From Alphaproteobacteria bacterium (GTDB lineage: Bacteria; Pseudomonadota; Alphaproteobacteria; Bin95), in NCBI GenBank assembly GCA_963665325.3, contig CAXXWS020000002.1:512001-576000 (forward strand): DNA of 64,000 nucleotides, in the 5' to 3' direction. Below, in pieces: positions 1-8,528 of the stretch (position 1 is the stretch's first letter; each line of letters begins with the position of its first letter). The position numbers and the translations under genes were made by a program. The notes beneath the pieces are model-generated. The model ran no database searches, had not been told where the DNA came from, and worked only from the letters and a program-made list of their open reading frames with translations.

Positions 1-216
1 CGTCGGCTTGTGGAAGGTCGGCGCGAAGCTCTCGCCCTCCTTCCGGGCCCGGCGCTCGCGCGTCGCGTCGTCCGCCTCGATCGCGTCGCGAAAGGCCGGC
101 GCCACCGGCTTCTGCGGGTCGAACTGGACACCCTCGCCGCCCGATTCCGCCCAGGCCCCCGAGAGCGGAAGCAGGAGCGCAGCGAGCGCCAGCGCCGCGA
201 GACGGACAACCGCCAT
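1..216 (-). CDS. N-terminus of a secreted protein, probably DotG/IcmE/TraO (partial; start appears frameshifted)
   Basis: Frame reads AALALAALLLPLSGAWA-ESGGEGVQFDPQKPVAPAFRDAIEADDATRERRARKEGESFAPT off the window edge. Position after DotH fits IcmK-IcmE order. The ATG at 216 is one base out of frame. Confidence 0.4.
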   Translation of the reverse strand, partial: MAVVRLAALALAALLLPLSGAWAESGGEGVQFDPQKPVAPAFRDAIEADDATRERRARKEGESFAPTFHKPT

Positions 217-222
217 CGGCTG

Positions 223-528
223 TCAGCCCTCCCCGCCGCCATTGACCGCGCGCTTCAACGCCGTCGCGGGGCGGAAGTGGACGACCCGCCGGGCCGGTGC
301 CGTCCCGCGCTCTCCCGTACGGGGGTCGGTGAACGGCCTCTCGGCCCGCTCCCTCGTCGAGAACGTTCCGAAGTCCCGGAACACCACCCGGTCGCCGGCC
401 GCGATCCGTTCCTGCATCCCCGAAATCACCGCGTCCACCGCAATAGCGGCCGCCTTCCGGTTCAGTCCCGTCTCCCTCGCGACCGCGATCGTGAGCTCCT
501 TGCGCGCCCACCATGTCTTCTCTGTCAT
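223..528 (-). CDS. HU/IHF family DNA-binding protein
   Basis: 101 aa with GDRVVFRDFGTF and TDPRTGE...PARRVVHFRPATALK motifs. Confidence 0.92.
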   Translation of the reverse strand: MTEKTWWARKELTIAVARETGLNRKAAAIAVDAVISGMQERIAAGDRVVFRDFGTFSTRERAERPFTDPRTGERGTAPARRVVHFRPATALKRAVNGGGEG

Positions 529-529
529 G

Positions 530-1558
530 TCAGTTCTCCCTTGCAGGCTGCGGGATGTCGGTCCGTTCCAGGAAGGCCGCCCGCAGCTCGCGGCCCTCCT
601 CGGAAACCATCGCGTAGGGAACCCCCGCCAGCCGGTAGGCCCAGCGCCCCGAGGGATCGCGCTCCGCCGCGCGCGGGCCGGGCGAGAGCAGATGCGCCCG
701 GGTCACCAGCAGCAGCTCGTCGCCGAGCCGCCAGGCGCGCGCCTCGACGCCCTCGACATCGAGGGGAAGGGCGCCGGCCGGGGGATTGCCCGAAAGCAGG
801 CCCAGCAGCATGTCGGAGCCGGCATGGAAGCCGGCGGCGCCGGCGCCGGCGAGCGGATCGGCATTGGGACCCGCCTTGGCGAGACGCAGGTCCACGCGGA
901 AGTCGGCCACGCCCTCGCGCTCGCCCAGCATCAGCAGCACCGGCTCGGCCAGGCCCTCCAGCATCACCGAGGCATTGCCCGCGAGCCACCGGGCCTCCGG
1001 CGCGAAATGCACCAGGTGCGGACTGCCGTCCCGCTTCGTCGCGCCCAGGCGCCCGTCCGCCAGCACCGCCTCGATCGGCCAGGGCGCGCCCGTGCGGTCG
1101 AAGAACCCGACCGAGGTCACATAGCCCGCCCTGACCGCGATCTCCGGCACCCCGTCCGCGGCCAGCGGGTCGAGCCTGAGGCGGCGCACGCGCCCGAGGG
1201 CCTTGCCTTCCCGCGCATGGGCCGCCGCCTGCTGCGTCTGCCGCAGCAGGCGCCCCAGAAGCTCGATCTGCTCGCGGGTCAGGGGCAGCCGCGCCCGGCC
1301 CGCCGCAGCCGCCTCCTCGTCCGGCATCGCATGCTCCGGCCAGATATCGCCGTCCGGATCGGGCGCGGCGCCGGTGTTCGGCACGGAGCCCACGTTGGGC
1401 ACGGAGCCGACGTTCGGCCCGGAAGAGGGCGGAGGCAGCGTCTCCGGTCCGGGCGTCGCCGGCGCCTGCGCCCGGGCCGGCGAGGAGGCCGCCGGCATTC
1501 CGAGCGCCAGCAGCGCCGCAATCCCGGCAGCCCGGACCCGCGTTCCTGTCCACGTCAT
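530..1558 (-). CDS. DotH/IcmK/TraN-family type IVB secretion protein
   Basis: Signal peptide, PLTREQI, GYVTSVGFFDRTGAPWPI and DFRVDLRLAKAGPNA motifs. ATG overlaps the upstream stop. Confidence 0.85.
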   Translation of the reverse strand: MTWTGTRVRAAGIAALLALGMPAASSPARAQAPATPGPETLPPPSSGPNVGSVPNVGSVPNTGAAPDPDGDIWPEHAMPDEEAAAAGRARLPLTREQIELLGRLLRQTQQAAAHAREGKALGRVRRLRLDPLAADGVPEIAVRAGYVTSVGFFDRTGAPWPIEAVLADGRLGATKRDGSPHLVHFAPEARWLAGNASVMLEGLAEPVLLMLGEREGVADFRVDLRLAKAGPNADPLAGAGAAGFHAGSDMLLGLLSGNPPAGALPLDVEGVEARAWRLGDELLLVTRAHLLSPGPRAAERDPSGRWAYRLAGVPYAMVSEEGRELRAAFLERTDIPQPAREN

Positions 1559-2217
1559 CGCCGCCCCTCCGCCTTCCTCGCCAGCAGGAAGTCCGCGATC
1601 GCGACGCCCGAGAGCCGTTCGGAGCGCGGAACCCGGACCACCAGCGCCCGGGCCGCGAGGCGCTCGTCCGCCTTCTCGCCCTCGCCCGCGTAGAAGGTCA
1701 GCAGCAGCGGGAACTCGACCTCGTAGCCGACCGCCCCGTCCGGCATGGTCCGGAGCCGCGCCATCACCGGCGCCCCCTGCGCTACCGCCGAGACCACCTG
1801 GCGCTGCCTGCGCAGGCGCTCCAGCACCAGGCTCCGCTCCAGCACAAGCTGCCAGGCCCGGAACCCGTCTTCCGTGAACCGGCCGCGCATTTCCTCCATG
1901 CGGGCCTCCCAGTCGTCGAAGCCGATATCCAGCGCCTTCGTCACCGTCGCCACCGTCCAGGCGAGCATCACGTCCACCTCCATGCCGCCGCCGGCGTCCT
2001 CCTTGCCGTGGATCGGCACCGCCCGTCCGTCCGCGTCCAGCGCCAGCGCCACGGGGACCGTCTCGCGGAGCAGCATCGAGGCGAGCAGAACGGCCGCCGT
2101 CAGCAGCTGGCAGGCCGCGAGGCCGAGCGCGAGCGCCGGCCACGGGCCGTGATGCAGGGGATCGCGCGCCGCCGCCGCAGGCCGGGCGTCCGCGCCGTGC
2201 GTGTCTGCCGCCGTCAC
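1555..2217 (-). CDS. DotI/IcmL/TraM-family protein (paralog 2)
   Basis: One TM segment then W..ATVTKALDIGFDDW...RFTEDGFRAW, VVSAV and EVEFPLLLTF motifs. Confidence 0.85.
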   Translation of the reverse strand: MTAADTHGADARPAAAARDPLHHGPWPALALGLAACQLLTAAVLLASMLLRETVPVALALDADGRAVPIHGKEDAGGGMEVDVMLAWTVATVTKALDIGFDDWEARMEEMRGRFTEDGFRAWQLVLERSLVLERLRRQRQVVSAVAQGAPVMARLRTMPDGAVGYEVEFPLLLTFYAGEGEKADERLAARALVVRVPRSERLSGVAIADFLLARKAEGRR

Positions 2218-2918
2218 CGGCCCGCCTCCCTCGTCAGATGCAGCAGCGCGACCGCGATCCCGGCGAGCCGCTCCGAGCGCGACATGCGCATCACCAGCGC
2301 CTTCGCGCGGAGCGTCTCCTCGACCCGCTCGTCCTCGCCCGCCCAGAAGGTCAGCAGCAGCGGGAACTCGACCTCATAGCCCACGCCCCCGTCGTCGAAA
2401 CGGCGCACCCGCAGGAGCACCGGCGCGCCCCGCGCCACCGCCGAGACCGCCTGGCCCTGGCTACCGACGCGCTGGAATACGAGGCTCTGCTCCAGCATCC
2501 GCCGGTAGCTCTCATAGCCCTCGTCCGTGAACCGCTTGCGAACGCCCTCCACCCGCATCCGGAAATCGTGGAAGCCCATGGTGAAGGCCTCGGTCACGGC
2601 CGCCACCGTCCAGGTGAGCATGAAGCCCACCTCGTCCTGGGCATCTGCGTTCTCCGCCGAGACGATCGGCAGCGTGCGGCCCGCCTGGTCCGTCGCGACC
2701 GCGACATAGACGGTCTCGCGCATGCCCATCCACAGCGCCAGCGCCGCCACCGTCAGAGCCTGGCCGGCAAGCGCGATCCCGGCGACCCGGCGCCAGACGC
2801 GGTGCTGCGCGATGTGGTAGGCCTCGGAGCGCGACACCGCCTCCATGACCGCACCGAGACGGGACGCGCGCTGCGTCTCCCTGCGTACCGTCCGGTCCCG
2901 CCACCAGAGGAGCCTCAT
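2214..2918 (-). CDS. DotI/IcmL/TraM-family protein (paralog 1)
   Basis: One TM, YVAVATDQAGRTLPI, AVTEAFTMGFHDF, RFTDEGYESY. Clearly paralogous to 1555-2217. Confidence 0.87.
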   Translation of the reverse strand: MRLLWWRDRTVRRETQRASRLGAVMEAVSRSEAYHIAQHRVWRRVAGIALAGQALTVAALALWMGMRETVYVAVATDQAGRTLPIVSAENADAQDEVGFMLTWTVAAVTEAFTMGFHDFRMRVEGVRKRFTDEGYESYRRMLEQSLVFQRVGSQGQAVSAVARGAPVLLRVRRFDDGGVGYEVEFPLLLTFWAGEDERVEETLRAKALVMRMSRSERLAGIAVALLHLTREAGR

Positions 2919-3883
2919 CGCCGCGCCTCCGTCGTCATGAAGTCCGCCGAGGCCGGCAGCCCGGCATAGGTGCGAATCCCGCCGTCCCGCCCACGCCAGG
3001 CGAGCCACGGCACGGCGTCGGCCCCGAAGGCGCGCCAGAGCGCATTGTTCGCCTCCAGGCGCAGCGCGTCCTCGGCGGTCGCCGGCGCCGGGTCCGAGCG
3101 GTACCACGCGAGGCCCGGGCGGGGCGAAGCAAGGATCCCGGCCGCATGCGTATGGGAGTCGGGGCTCATCACGCCCACCGGCACCGCATGCAGGCGGAAC
3201 GCGCCCTCGAGCGCCAACTGCCCCAGCTCCGCCGCCGCACGCCTGGACCAGGGACAGCCGGGATCGACGAACGCGACCAGGTCCGGACCGCTCTCGCCCA
3301 CCGTGAAGGCCGCGACATCGAGGCTGCGCTCGAACAGGGCGGCCGCGCGCGCCGGCCGCGCCGGGCCTGTGCCCGGGACCGAATGGCGCGGTTCTGCCGC
3401 CTCGCCGGCCGCAGCGCGCACCGCATCCGCCAACACGGCCTCGCCCGTTGCCGGCAGGGCGGCCCCAGCGGGGCTCGCTGACCGCGTCGGACCCGCAGTC
3501 CGCGTCGGACCCGCAGCCCGTTCGAGCTGGCCGCCCGTGAGCTCCAGGCCGTCCGGGCCGTAGAGCAGGCCCGCCACGACATGCCCGCCGGGCGCGGCAT
3601 AGACCGTCAGCACGCTGCCGTCCGCCTTGCGCACGAGCCAGCCGTCCAGCACGCCCGCGCGCCCGAGCGGCACGAGCTCCGCGCCGGCATCCCGGAGCGC
3701 CGCCAGCGACGCCGGCGGCGGGTCCGACGCGGACCGCGGGCCCAACGTGGGCTCCGTGCCCGGCGCAGACTGCGGGTCCGGCGCGGACTGCGGGGCCTCT
3801 GCCGAGCGCCCGAGGCTGAGCCCGCCCAGGATCGCCAGCACCAGCAGCGCCGAGAACGCGAATGCGCGAAGGATCGTCTTCAT
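2915..3883 (-). CDS. DsbG/DsbC-like periplasmic thioredoxin-fold protein (CPWS)
   Basis: Signal/TM, DsbG-like N-domain (LDGWLV...VYAAPGGHVVAGLLY), FVDPGCPWS and VP motif near the C-terminus. Confidence 0.8.
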   Translation of the reverse strand: MKTILRAFAFSALLVLAILGGLSLGRSAEAPQSAPDPQSAPGTEPTLGPRSASDPPPASLAALRDAGAELVPLGRAGVLDGWLVRKADGSVLTVYAAPGGHVVAGLLYGPDGLELTGGQLERAAGPTRTAGPTRSASPAGAALPATGEAVLADAVRAAAGEAAEPRHSVPGTGPARPARAAALFERSLDVAAFTVGESGPDLVAFVDPGCPWSRRAAAELGQLALEGAFRLHAVPVGVMSPDSHTHAAGILASPRPGLAWYRSDPAPATAEDALRLEANNALWRAFGADAVPWLAWRGRDGGIRTYAGLPASADFMTTEARR

Positions 3884-3884
3884 T

Positions 3885-4163
3885 TCAGCCCCGCCCGTAG
3901 TCGAGCGCGGTGCGCAGGCGCTTGCGCTGCACCGCGCGCCGCCCGCCCGCCATCGCGGCGCGGATCGCGCGGACCGCCGCCGGCGGCCGGTAGCCCCGCG
4001 CCTCCACCGCCCGGAATGCGAGCCACGCCAGGAATACCGCCGTCAGCGTCCACCAGCGGGGAAAGAACGCCGCCGGAATCGCGAAGGCCAGCAGGCGCGC
4101 GTCGAACGGCCCGAGCCGCACCGGGCGCATCGCGTCCCGCCATGACCGGTCCTCCTCGTCCAT
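3885..4163 (-). CDS. IcmT/TraK-family membrane protein
   Basis: 92 aa with WRDAMRPVRLGPFDAR followed by two hydrophobic segments. Confidence 0.88.
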   Translation of the reverse strand: MDEEDRSWRDAMRPVRLGPFDARLLAFAIPAAFFPRWWTLTAVFLAWLAFRAVEARGYRPPAAVRAIRAAMAGGRRAVQRKRLRTALDYGRG

Positions 4164-4175
4164 GCCGCACCGCCC

Positions 4176-4673
4176 TCACGCCGTCCGCCGGGCCGAGCCG
4201 CCGGGTCCGGTATCGGCCGGTGCCTCCGGCGTTTCGGGCGCGCCGTCGGCTTCCGGCATGAACGCTTCGGCGACGACCGCCGCCCGTTCCTCGCCCAGCA
4301 CCTCGCGCAGCAGCTCCATCGCCCGCTCGCGCCGGCCCTCGCGCGCCATCTTGCGCAGCGGCTCCTCCAGCAGGGCGCGGATGTCGTCCTGCACCTGCCG
4401 GGCCGCCTCGCCGTCTGCATCCAGACCCCGCGCCAGTTCCGTCACCCCGTCCAGAAAGGCGCGCTGCCGCCCCTCGTCCAGAACCAGCGGCTGCGCCTTC
4501 TTCCCCTTCGGCGAAGGGTCCACGGTCAGCGCGCAATGCACCCACCAGGCCGACACCGACATGCCGGCCCGCCTCGCGCCCTCCCGGACCGCTTCCCATT
4601 CCTCGTCGGTAGCGCAGACCGTGTGCGTCATGCCCTTCGCGCCGCGCCCGCCCGGCTTGCTCCGCTTCCTCAT
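4176..4673 (-). CDS. Ribbon-helix-helix (MobC/NikA-like) DNA-binding protein
   Basis: HTVCATDEEWEAVREGARRAGMSVSAW matches the RHH pattern. ATGA-coupled to the DotB-like gene. Confidence 0.65.
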   Translation of the reverse strand: MRKRSKPGGRGAKGMTHTVCATDEEWEAVREGARRAGMSVSAWWVHCALTVDPSPKGKKAQPLVLDEGRQRAFLDGVTELARGLDADGEAARQVQDDIRALLEEPLRKMAREGRRERAMELLREVLGEERAAVVAEAFMPEADGAPETPEAPADTGPGGSARRTA

Positions 4674-5824
4674 CTTCGCTTCTTCCTGTCGCGCGGTCCG
4701 TCGCCAAGGTCGCCCGAGGCGGCGAGCGCGCGGGCCAGGTCGGCGCTGCCGATCCGCCCCTCGCCATGCGCGCGGGCCGCCGCAGCGCCGAGGCCGCCGC
4801 AGCGCGCCTTCACCTCCTCGCCGATCTCCCGGGGCCAGCGTTCCCGCGGCGTGGCGAACAGCCGGCGCTTCAGGTCCCCGTCGAACACGAGCCACTCCCG
4901 GAGCGCCGTCCGGCCGCCCTCGGGGTTCGGGACCAGCATCTGCGTCACCACCAGCGTCAGGCCGTCCAGCAGCGCTACCGCCCGCTCCGCCCGCTCGTCC
5001 GGAGGAAACGCCGTCAGCAGGCGCCGGATCGCGGCCGAGACCCCCACCACATGCGCCGTCGAATAGACCGCAATCCCGAAATCCGCCGCATTGACCACGG
5101 CCTCGATCGTCTCGAGATCGCGCGCCTCGCCCACCATTACCGCCGCCGGACGACGGCGGAGCGCCGCGCGCAGGCCGTCGGCAAAGCTCCCCACATGCGT
5201 CGGGACCTCGGTCTGCTCGATGAACGCCCGGCCCGCCCTCACGCCGTCGAGCTGGAACTCGATCGGGCTCTCGAAGGTCTGCACCTTGCCGAGGCCCCGC
5301 TCCAGCAGACGGCGCATCGCGGCCGCCAGAATGGTGGACTTGCCCGAGCCCGGCACGCCGGTGACCAGGCATATCCCCTCGCCCAGCTGGAGCGCATCCA
5401 CGATCTGGGCCTCCACGCCGAGCGCGCCCAGCTCCGGAATGTCCTCCGGCAGAACCCGGAGCGCGACGCCCATGCCCCAGCGCCCGCGCGTCTGGAGCGG
5501 CAGCATGTTCACCCGGAACCGCCGGCGCTCCCGCCCCGGACCCCGGGCGGTGTGGCTGCAGTCGATCGCGCCGCCGCCGCGAAGCTCGGTCTCCGCCCGC
5601 TCGCGGCTCACATGCAAGGCGCCCGCAACCCGCGCCATGGCCGGGCCGTCGAGAGCCCCGCCGGTCGCATGCCTGAGGCGCCCGTCCACCTCCATGAACG
5701 CCGGCAGGCCCGTAGAGAACGCGATATCGGTCGCACCCTCGTCCGCCGCCCAGAGCAGGAACTCGTCGAGCCGCTCGGTCGGGAACGCATGCGCCGCCGG
5801 CTCCCAGAGCGCGGCGTCGGTCAC
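4670..5824 (-). CDS. DotB/TraJ PilT-like secretion ATPase
   Basis: Walker A GVPGSGKST, TFESPIE, ALRRRP..VMVGEARD, YSTAH. GTG overlaps the ssb stop. Confidence 0.9.
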   Translation of the reverse strand: MTDAALWEPAAHAFPTERLDEFLLWAADEGATDIAFSTGLPAFMEVDGRLRHATGGALDGPAMARVAGALHVSRERAETELRGGGAIDCSHTARGPGRERRRFRVNMLPLQTRGRWGMGVALRVLPEDIPELGALGVEAQIVDALQLGEGICLVTGVPGSGKSTILAAAMRRLLERGLGKVQTFESPIEFQLDGVRAGRAFIEQTEVPTHVGSFADGLRAALRRRPAAVMVGEARDLETIEAVVNAADFGIAVYSTAHVVGVSAAIRRLLTAFPPDERAERAVALLDGLTLVVTQMLVPNPEGGRTALREWLVFDGDLKRRLFATPRERWPREIGEEVKARCGGLGAAAARAHGEGRIGSADLARALAASGDLGDGPRDRKKRR

Positions 5825-6264
5825 GAGCCCTCTCCCTTCGCCGGAACCCGCCGCCAATGGGCGCGCACCAGCACCCGGCGCTCGGCGCCCATCCACTCGG
5901 GCTCGGCCTCGGCGCCGGCCTCGCGCGGGGGCCCGTCCAGCCGGTTCAGCCAGCCGCGCGCGCCCGCCAGCACCACCAGCGCAACCCGCCCGGACCGCTC
6001 CTCGCCGCTCAGCTCCCGGTATTCGAGGCGGCCCATCACCTGCAGCGCAGCACCCTTGACCACCAGCCGCCGCGCCACGTCCGCCAGCGCGCCCACCGCG
6101 CGCACATGATGCCACTCGACGCTCTCCTCATACTCGCCGCCGCGCCGGTAGCGCCGGAGGTTCGTCGCCAGCGAGAAATCCGCGATCTCGGTCTCGCCAG
6201 CCTTGCGTATCTCGGCATCCTTGCCGGCATGCCCAACCAGGTGGACGTCCGAAAGGTTCAGCAT
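5821..6264 (-). CDS. ssb: Single-stranded DNA-binding protein
   Basis: VHLVGHAGKDAEIR, FSLATN, VEWHHV, KGAALQVMGRLEYRE. Lacks the usual acidic DDDIPF tail. Confidence 0.9.
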   Translation of the reverse strand: MLNLSDVHLVGHAGKDAEIRKAGETEIADFSLATNLRRYRRGGEYEESVEWHHVRAVGALADVARRLVVKGAALQVMGRLEYRELSGEERSGRVALVVLAGARGWLNRLDGPPREAGAEAEPEWMGAERRVLVRAHWRRVPAKGEGS

Positions 6265-6286
6265 GGCAACCGCCTCCTTCCGCTCC

Positions 6287-6414
6287 GCGGAAAATCAAAA
6301 CCTAAAGTTTCGGACTTGATATTTCCTTGTTGTTTCATTGGCTTGCCGGCCTCCCTCCACACCGCGAGCGCCGGCGGAAAATCAAAAGTCCGATTTTCGG
6401 ACAGTTGATATTTC
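6287..6414. repeat. Two AT-rich roughly 40-bp imperfect palindromic direct repeats
   Basis: GCGGAAAATCAAAA...TTTCGGAC..TTGATATTTC at 6287-6325 and 6374-6414. Confidence 0.8.
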
Positions 6415-6424
6415 GCCCTGCCTC

Positions 6425-7279
6425 TCATGGCCTTGCCCGCCCGCTGCCCTCGTCCACCGTCGGCAGCGGCTTCCACTCGCGCGGCAGGAGGTTGAAGGCG
6501 GACCGCGCGCCGAGGCGCACCACCGTCTCCGATATGCGCAGCAGCCGCTCATGGCCCGACACGGCCGTCACCTCGGTCTCTGTCCCGGGCGCGCTCACCA
6601 TCGCCGCCCGGCGAAGCCGGTGCCAGCGCACCACGCCCTCGAATGCCGCAACCAGCCGCTCCAGGTCCGAGGCATGGATATCGTCGGCCAGCCGGACCCC
6701 GTGCTTCCAGCCTTCCTCCAGCCAGCCGTTCCAGCGCCGGCGTTCCTCCGCGTTGCGCGGGAACAGCACCGACGCCGGAGGCCGGGCCGCCTCCCACCCC
6801 CGCTCCAGCCAGTCGCGCCAGACCGGCGGCGCGCCCACGATCCGCTCCCCGGCCGCGATGCGGAGCACGCGTCTCGCGCTCGCCGCCCTGCCGGGCTCGA
6901 TCCGGATCGCGTCCCGCGTCTCCGCCAGAACGGGCGGCATCACCTGGAACCCGCCCCGGTCCAGCAGCAGCGCCCGGAAGTCGAATACCTGAGAGAGCGC
7001 CTTCGACCGCTTCTCCAGCAGCCGCGCAATCTCCCGGCCGCGATGCGCCAGGCCCGCCTGCGAGGCCCATGACAAGGCCGCCAGACGCTGCGCCTCGCCC
7101 CGGCGCTTCGCCGCCCGCTCCTTCTCGCCGCCGTCGCTTTCGGGCGCCTCCATCTCCTTCAACGCCTGCAGGCTGGTTACAGGGCTGTTACCTGCCACCA
7201 CATCCGGCGCTGCCCGGACCGGCATGACACCCGCCAGCAGCAGCGCGGCCGCGAACAAGACCGGCACCACCCGCTTCAT
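6425..7279 (-). CDS. DotC/TraI-family type IVB secretion protein
   Basis: AALSWASQAGL, LSQVFDFRALL, PPVLAE, PPVWRDWL, LFPRNAEERRRW, GWKHG motifs. Confidence 0.9.
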   Translation of the reverse strand: MKRVVPVLFAAALLLAGVMPVRAAPDVVAGNSPVTSLQALKEMEAPESDGGEKERAAKRRGEAQRLAALSWASQAGLAHRGREIARLLEKRSKALSQVFDFRALLLDRGGFQVMPPVLAETRDAIRIEPGRAASARRVLRIAAGERIVGAPPVWRDWLERGWEAARPPASVLFPRNAEERRRWNGWLEEGWKHGVRLADDIHASDLERLVAAFEGVVRWHRLRRAAMVSAPGTETEVTAVSGHERLLRISETVVRLGARSAFNLLPREWKPLPTVDEGSGRARP

Positions 7280-7905
7280 CCGGACGTTCCTCCGGCCTCG
7301 TTCGCCGCCGGCGCTGCCTGCCTTCTGCGCAAGACGCCCACCGCCACGCCGTCCGCATATCCCGCGCCCGCTATCGCCACGGACAGGATGTCCGGCGCAA
7401 TGGCCAGCAGCGCCGGCGAGCCGAACAACACCGCCGCGAAGCCGATGGTGGCGATCGCCACGCGGCTCTCCCTGAAGGCTGTCCGGGCCAGCAACCCGTT
7501 CTCGACGCCCCAACGCCGTGCCGCCCAGAACGAAAACCCGAACAGCGCGCACCAGCAACCGCCGGCAACTGCGATATGCTTCCAGCCTGCCGTTTGCGGT
7601 CCCAATGCACACACCGTCAGCGACCAGGCGAGAGCCAGCGTCAATATGAGAGAGATCCCCGCATCATGGAAAGAATCGCCGACCTCCTCTGGAGCCTTAC
7701 ATGCTTCGCCGGATACTTCTTTTCCGTTCTCTTCGTGGTCCTCCTGACTTACCGCCTCCGCGCCATCCTGTGGGGGCAACACACTTCCCGATCGTCCTGG
7801 ATCACCTTTCTGTTCTTCGCGATTCTGGCCGGCGCGCTGGTCCTGCCCTGCTACGTCGATCTCAGCTTTCGACCCTCGCCCGCTCGCTGGTGAACGCCTC
7901 CTCAT
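7276..7905 (-). CDS. Hypothetical membrane protein (about 4 TM, hydrophilic N-terminus)
   Basis: ATGA overlaps on both sides; C-terminal hydrophobic segments; visibly lower GC than neighbours. Confidence 0.6.
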   Translation of the reverse strand: MRRRSPASGRGSKAEIDVAGQDQRAGQNREEQKGDPGRSGSVLPPQDGAEAVSQEDHEENGKEVSGEACKAPEEVGDSFHDAGISLILTLALAWSLTVCALGPQTAGWKHIAVAGGCWCALFGFSFWAARRWGVENGLLARTAFRESRVAIATIGFAAVLFGSPALLAIAPDILSVAIAGAGYADGVAVGVLRRRQAAPAANEAGGTSG

Positions 7906-8528
7906 CGCCCACTCCCTTCCGCGTTACCGCGGTGCGTCACCGAGAGCGTCCTGCCGCCGGGCGCGATCGCGGCCTCCGGCGCGCGGTCCAGCCCGGATAG
8001 GGAATCCGCGAGCGCGCCGACGGCCTCCGCGAACGTCCCCCGGAAGCGGCGCGTCTCGTGAACCCGGTATGTCCGGTCCGTCAGCCAGACGAGCTCGACA
8101 CCCACCATGGCGCTCCAGCGCGCCAGCGCCTCCTGCAGCGTCTCACCCTGCGCGACGCTCCAGTCGGCGACGCCCCGGCCCACCGTCGCGAGCTCGACCT
8201 CGCCGGGGGGCAGGCCCGCGGGGCGCACATGCACCTCGTCATCGTGGCGCTGCCAGGCGAGGCCGAAATCGAAGAGCAGCATCTTCCAGTCCGCATGGAC
8301 CGCCCGCGCCCGCCGGCTCGTGTCCACACGCCGGTCCCAGCGCAGCGTCATCCCCTTCGGGGCGAGCCTGGCCGCGACCTCCGCGATCCCGAGCCGGTCC
8401 GCCGGCCCGTGGATGAACAGCGACCGGTCCGACTGCACGGGCGCATAGGCGAACCCCGCATCCGCCGGCAGAGGCATGGCCGCCGGGAGCGCCGCCAGCA
8501 CCGCAAGCACTGCCGGGACCGCTTTCAC
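7902..8528 (-). CDS. TcpQ-domain (PilL-like) periplasmic protein
   Basis: Signal peptide; WSVAQGETLQEALARWS..GVELVW..Y.V...F.GTFAEAV matches the TcpQ pattern. Confidence 0.8.
   Translation of the reverse strand: MKAVPAVLAVLAALPAAMPLPADAGFAYAPVQSDRSLFIHGPADRLGIAEVAARLAPKGMTLRWDRRVDTSRRARAVHADWKMLLFDFGLAWQRHDDEVHVRPAGLPPGEVELATVGRGVADWSVAQGETLQEALARWSAMVGVELVWLTDRTYRVHETRRFRGTFAEAVGALADSLSGLDRAPEAAIAPGGRTLSVTHRGNAEGSGR

Noticed and set aside
6258-6476. Small ORF between dotC and ssb
   Set aside because: Spans the palindromic repeats and has atypical composition. Its ATG at 6428 is coupled, so it is not fully excluded.
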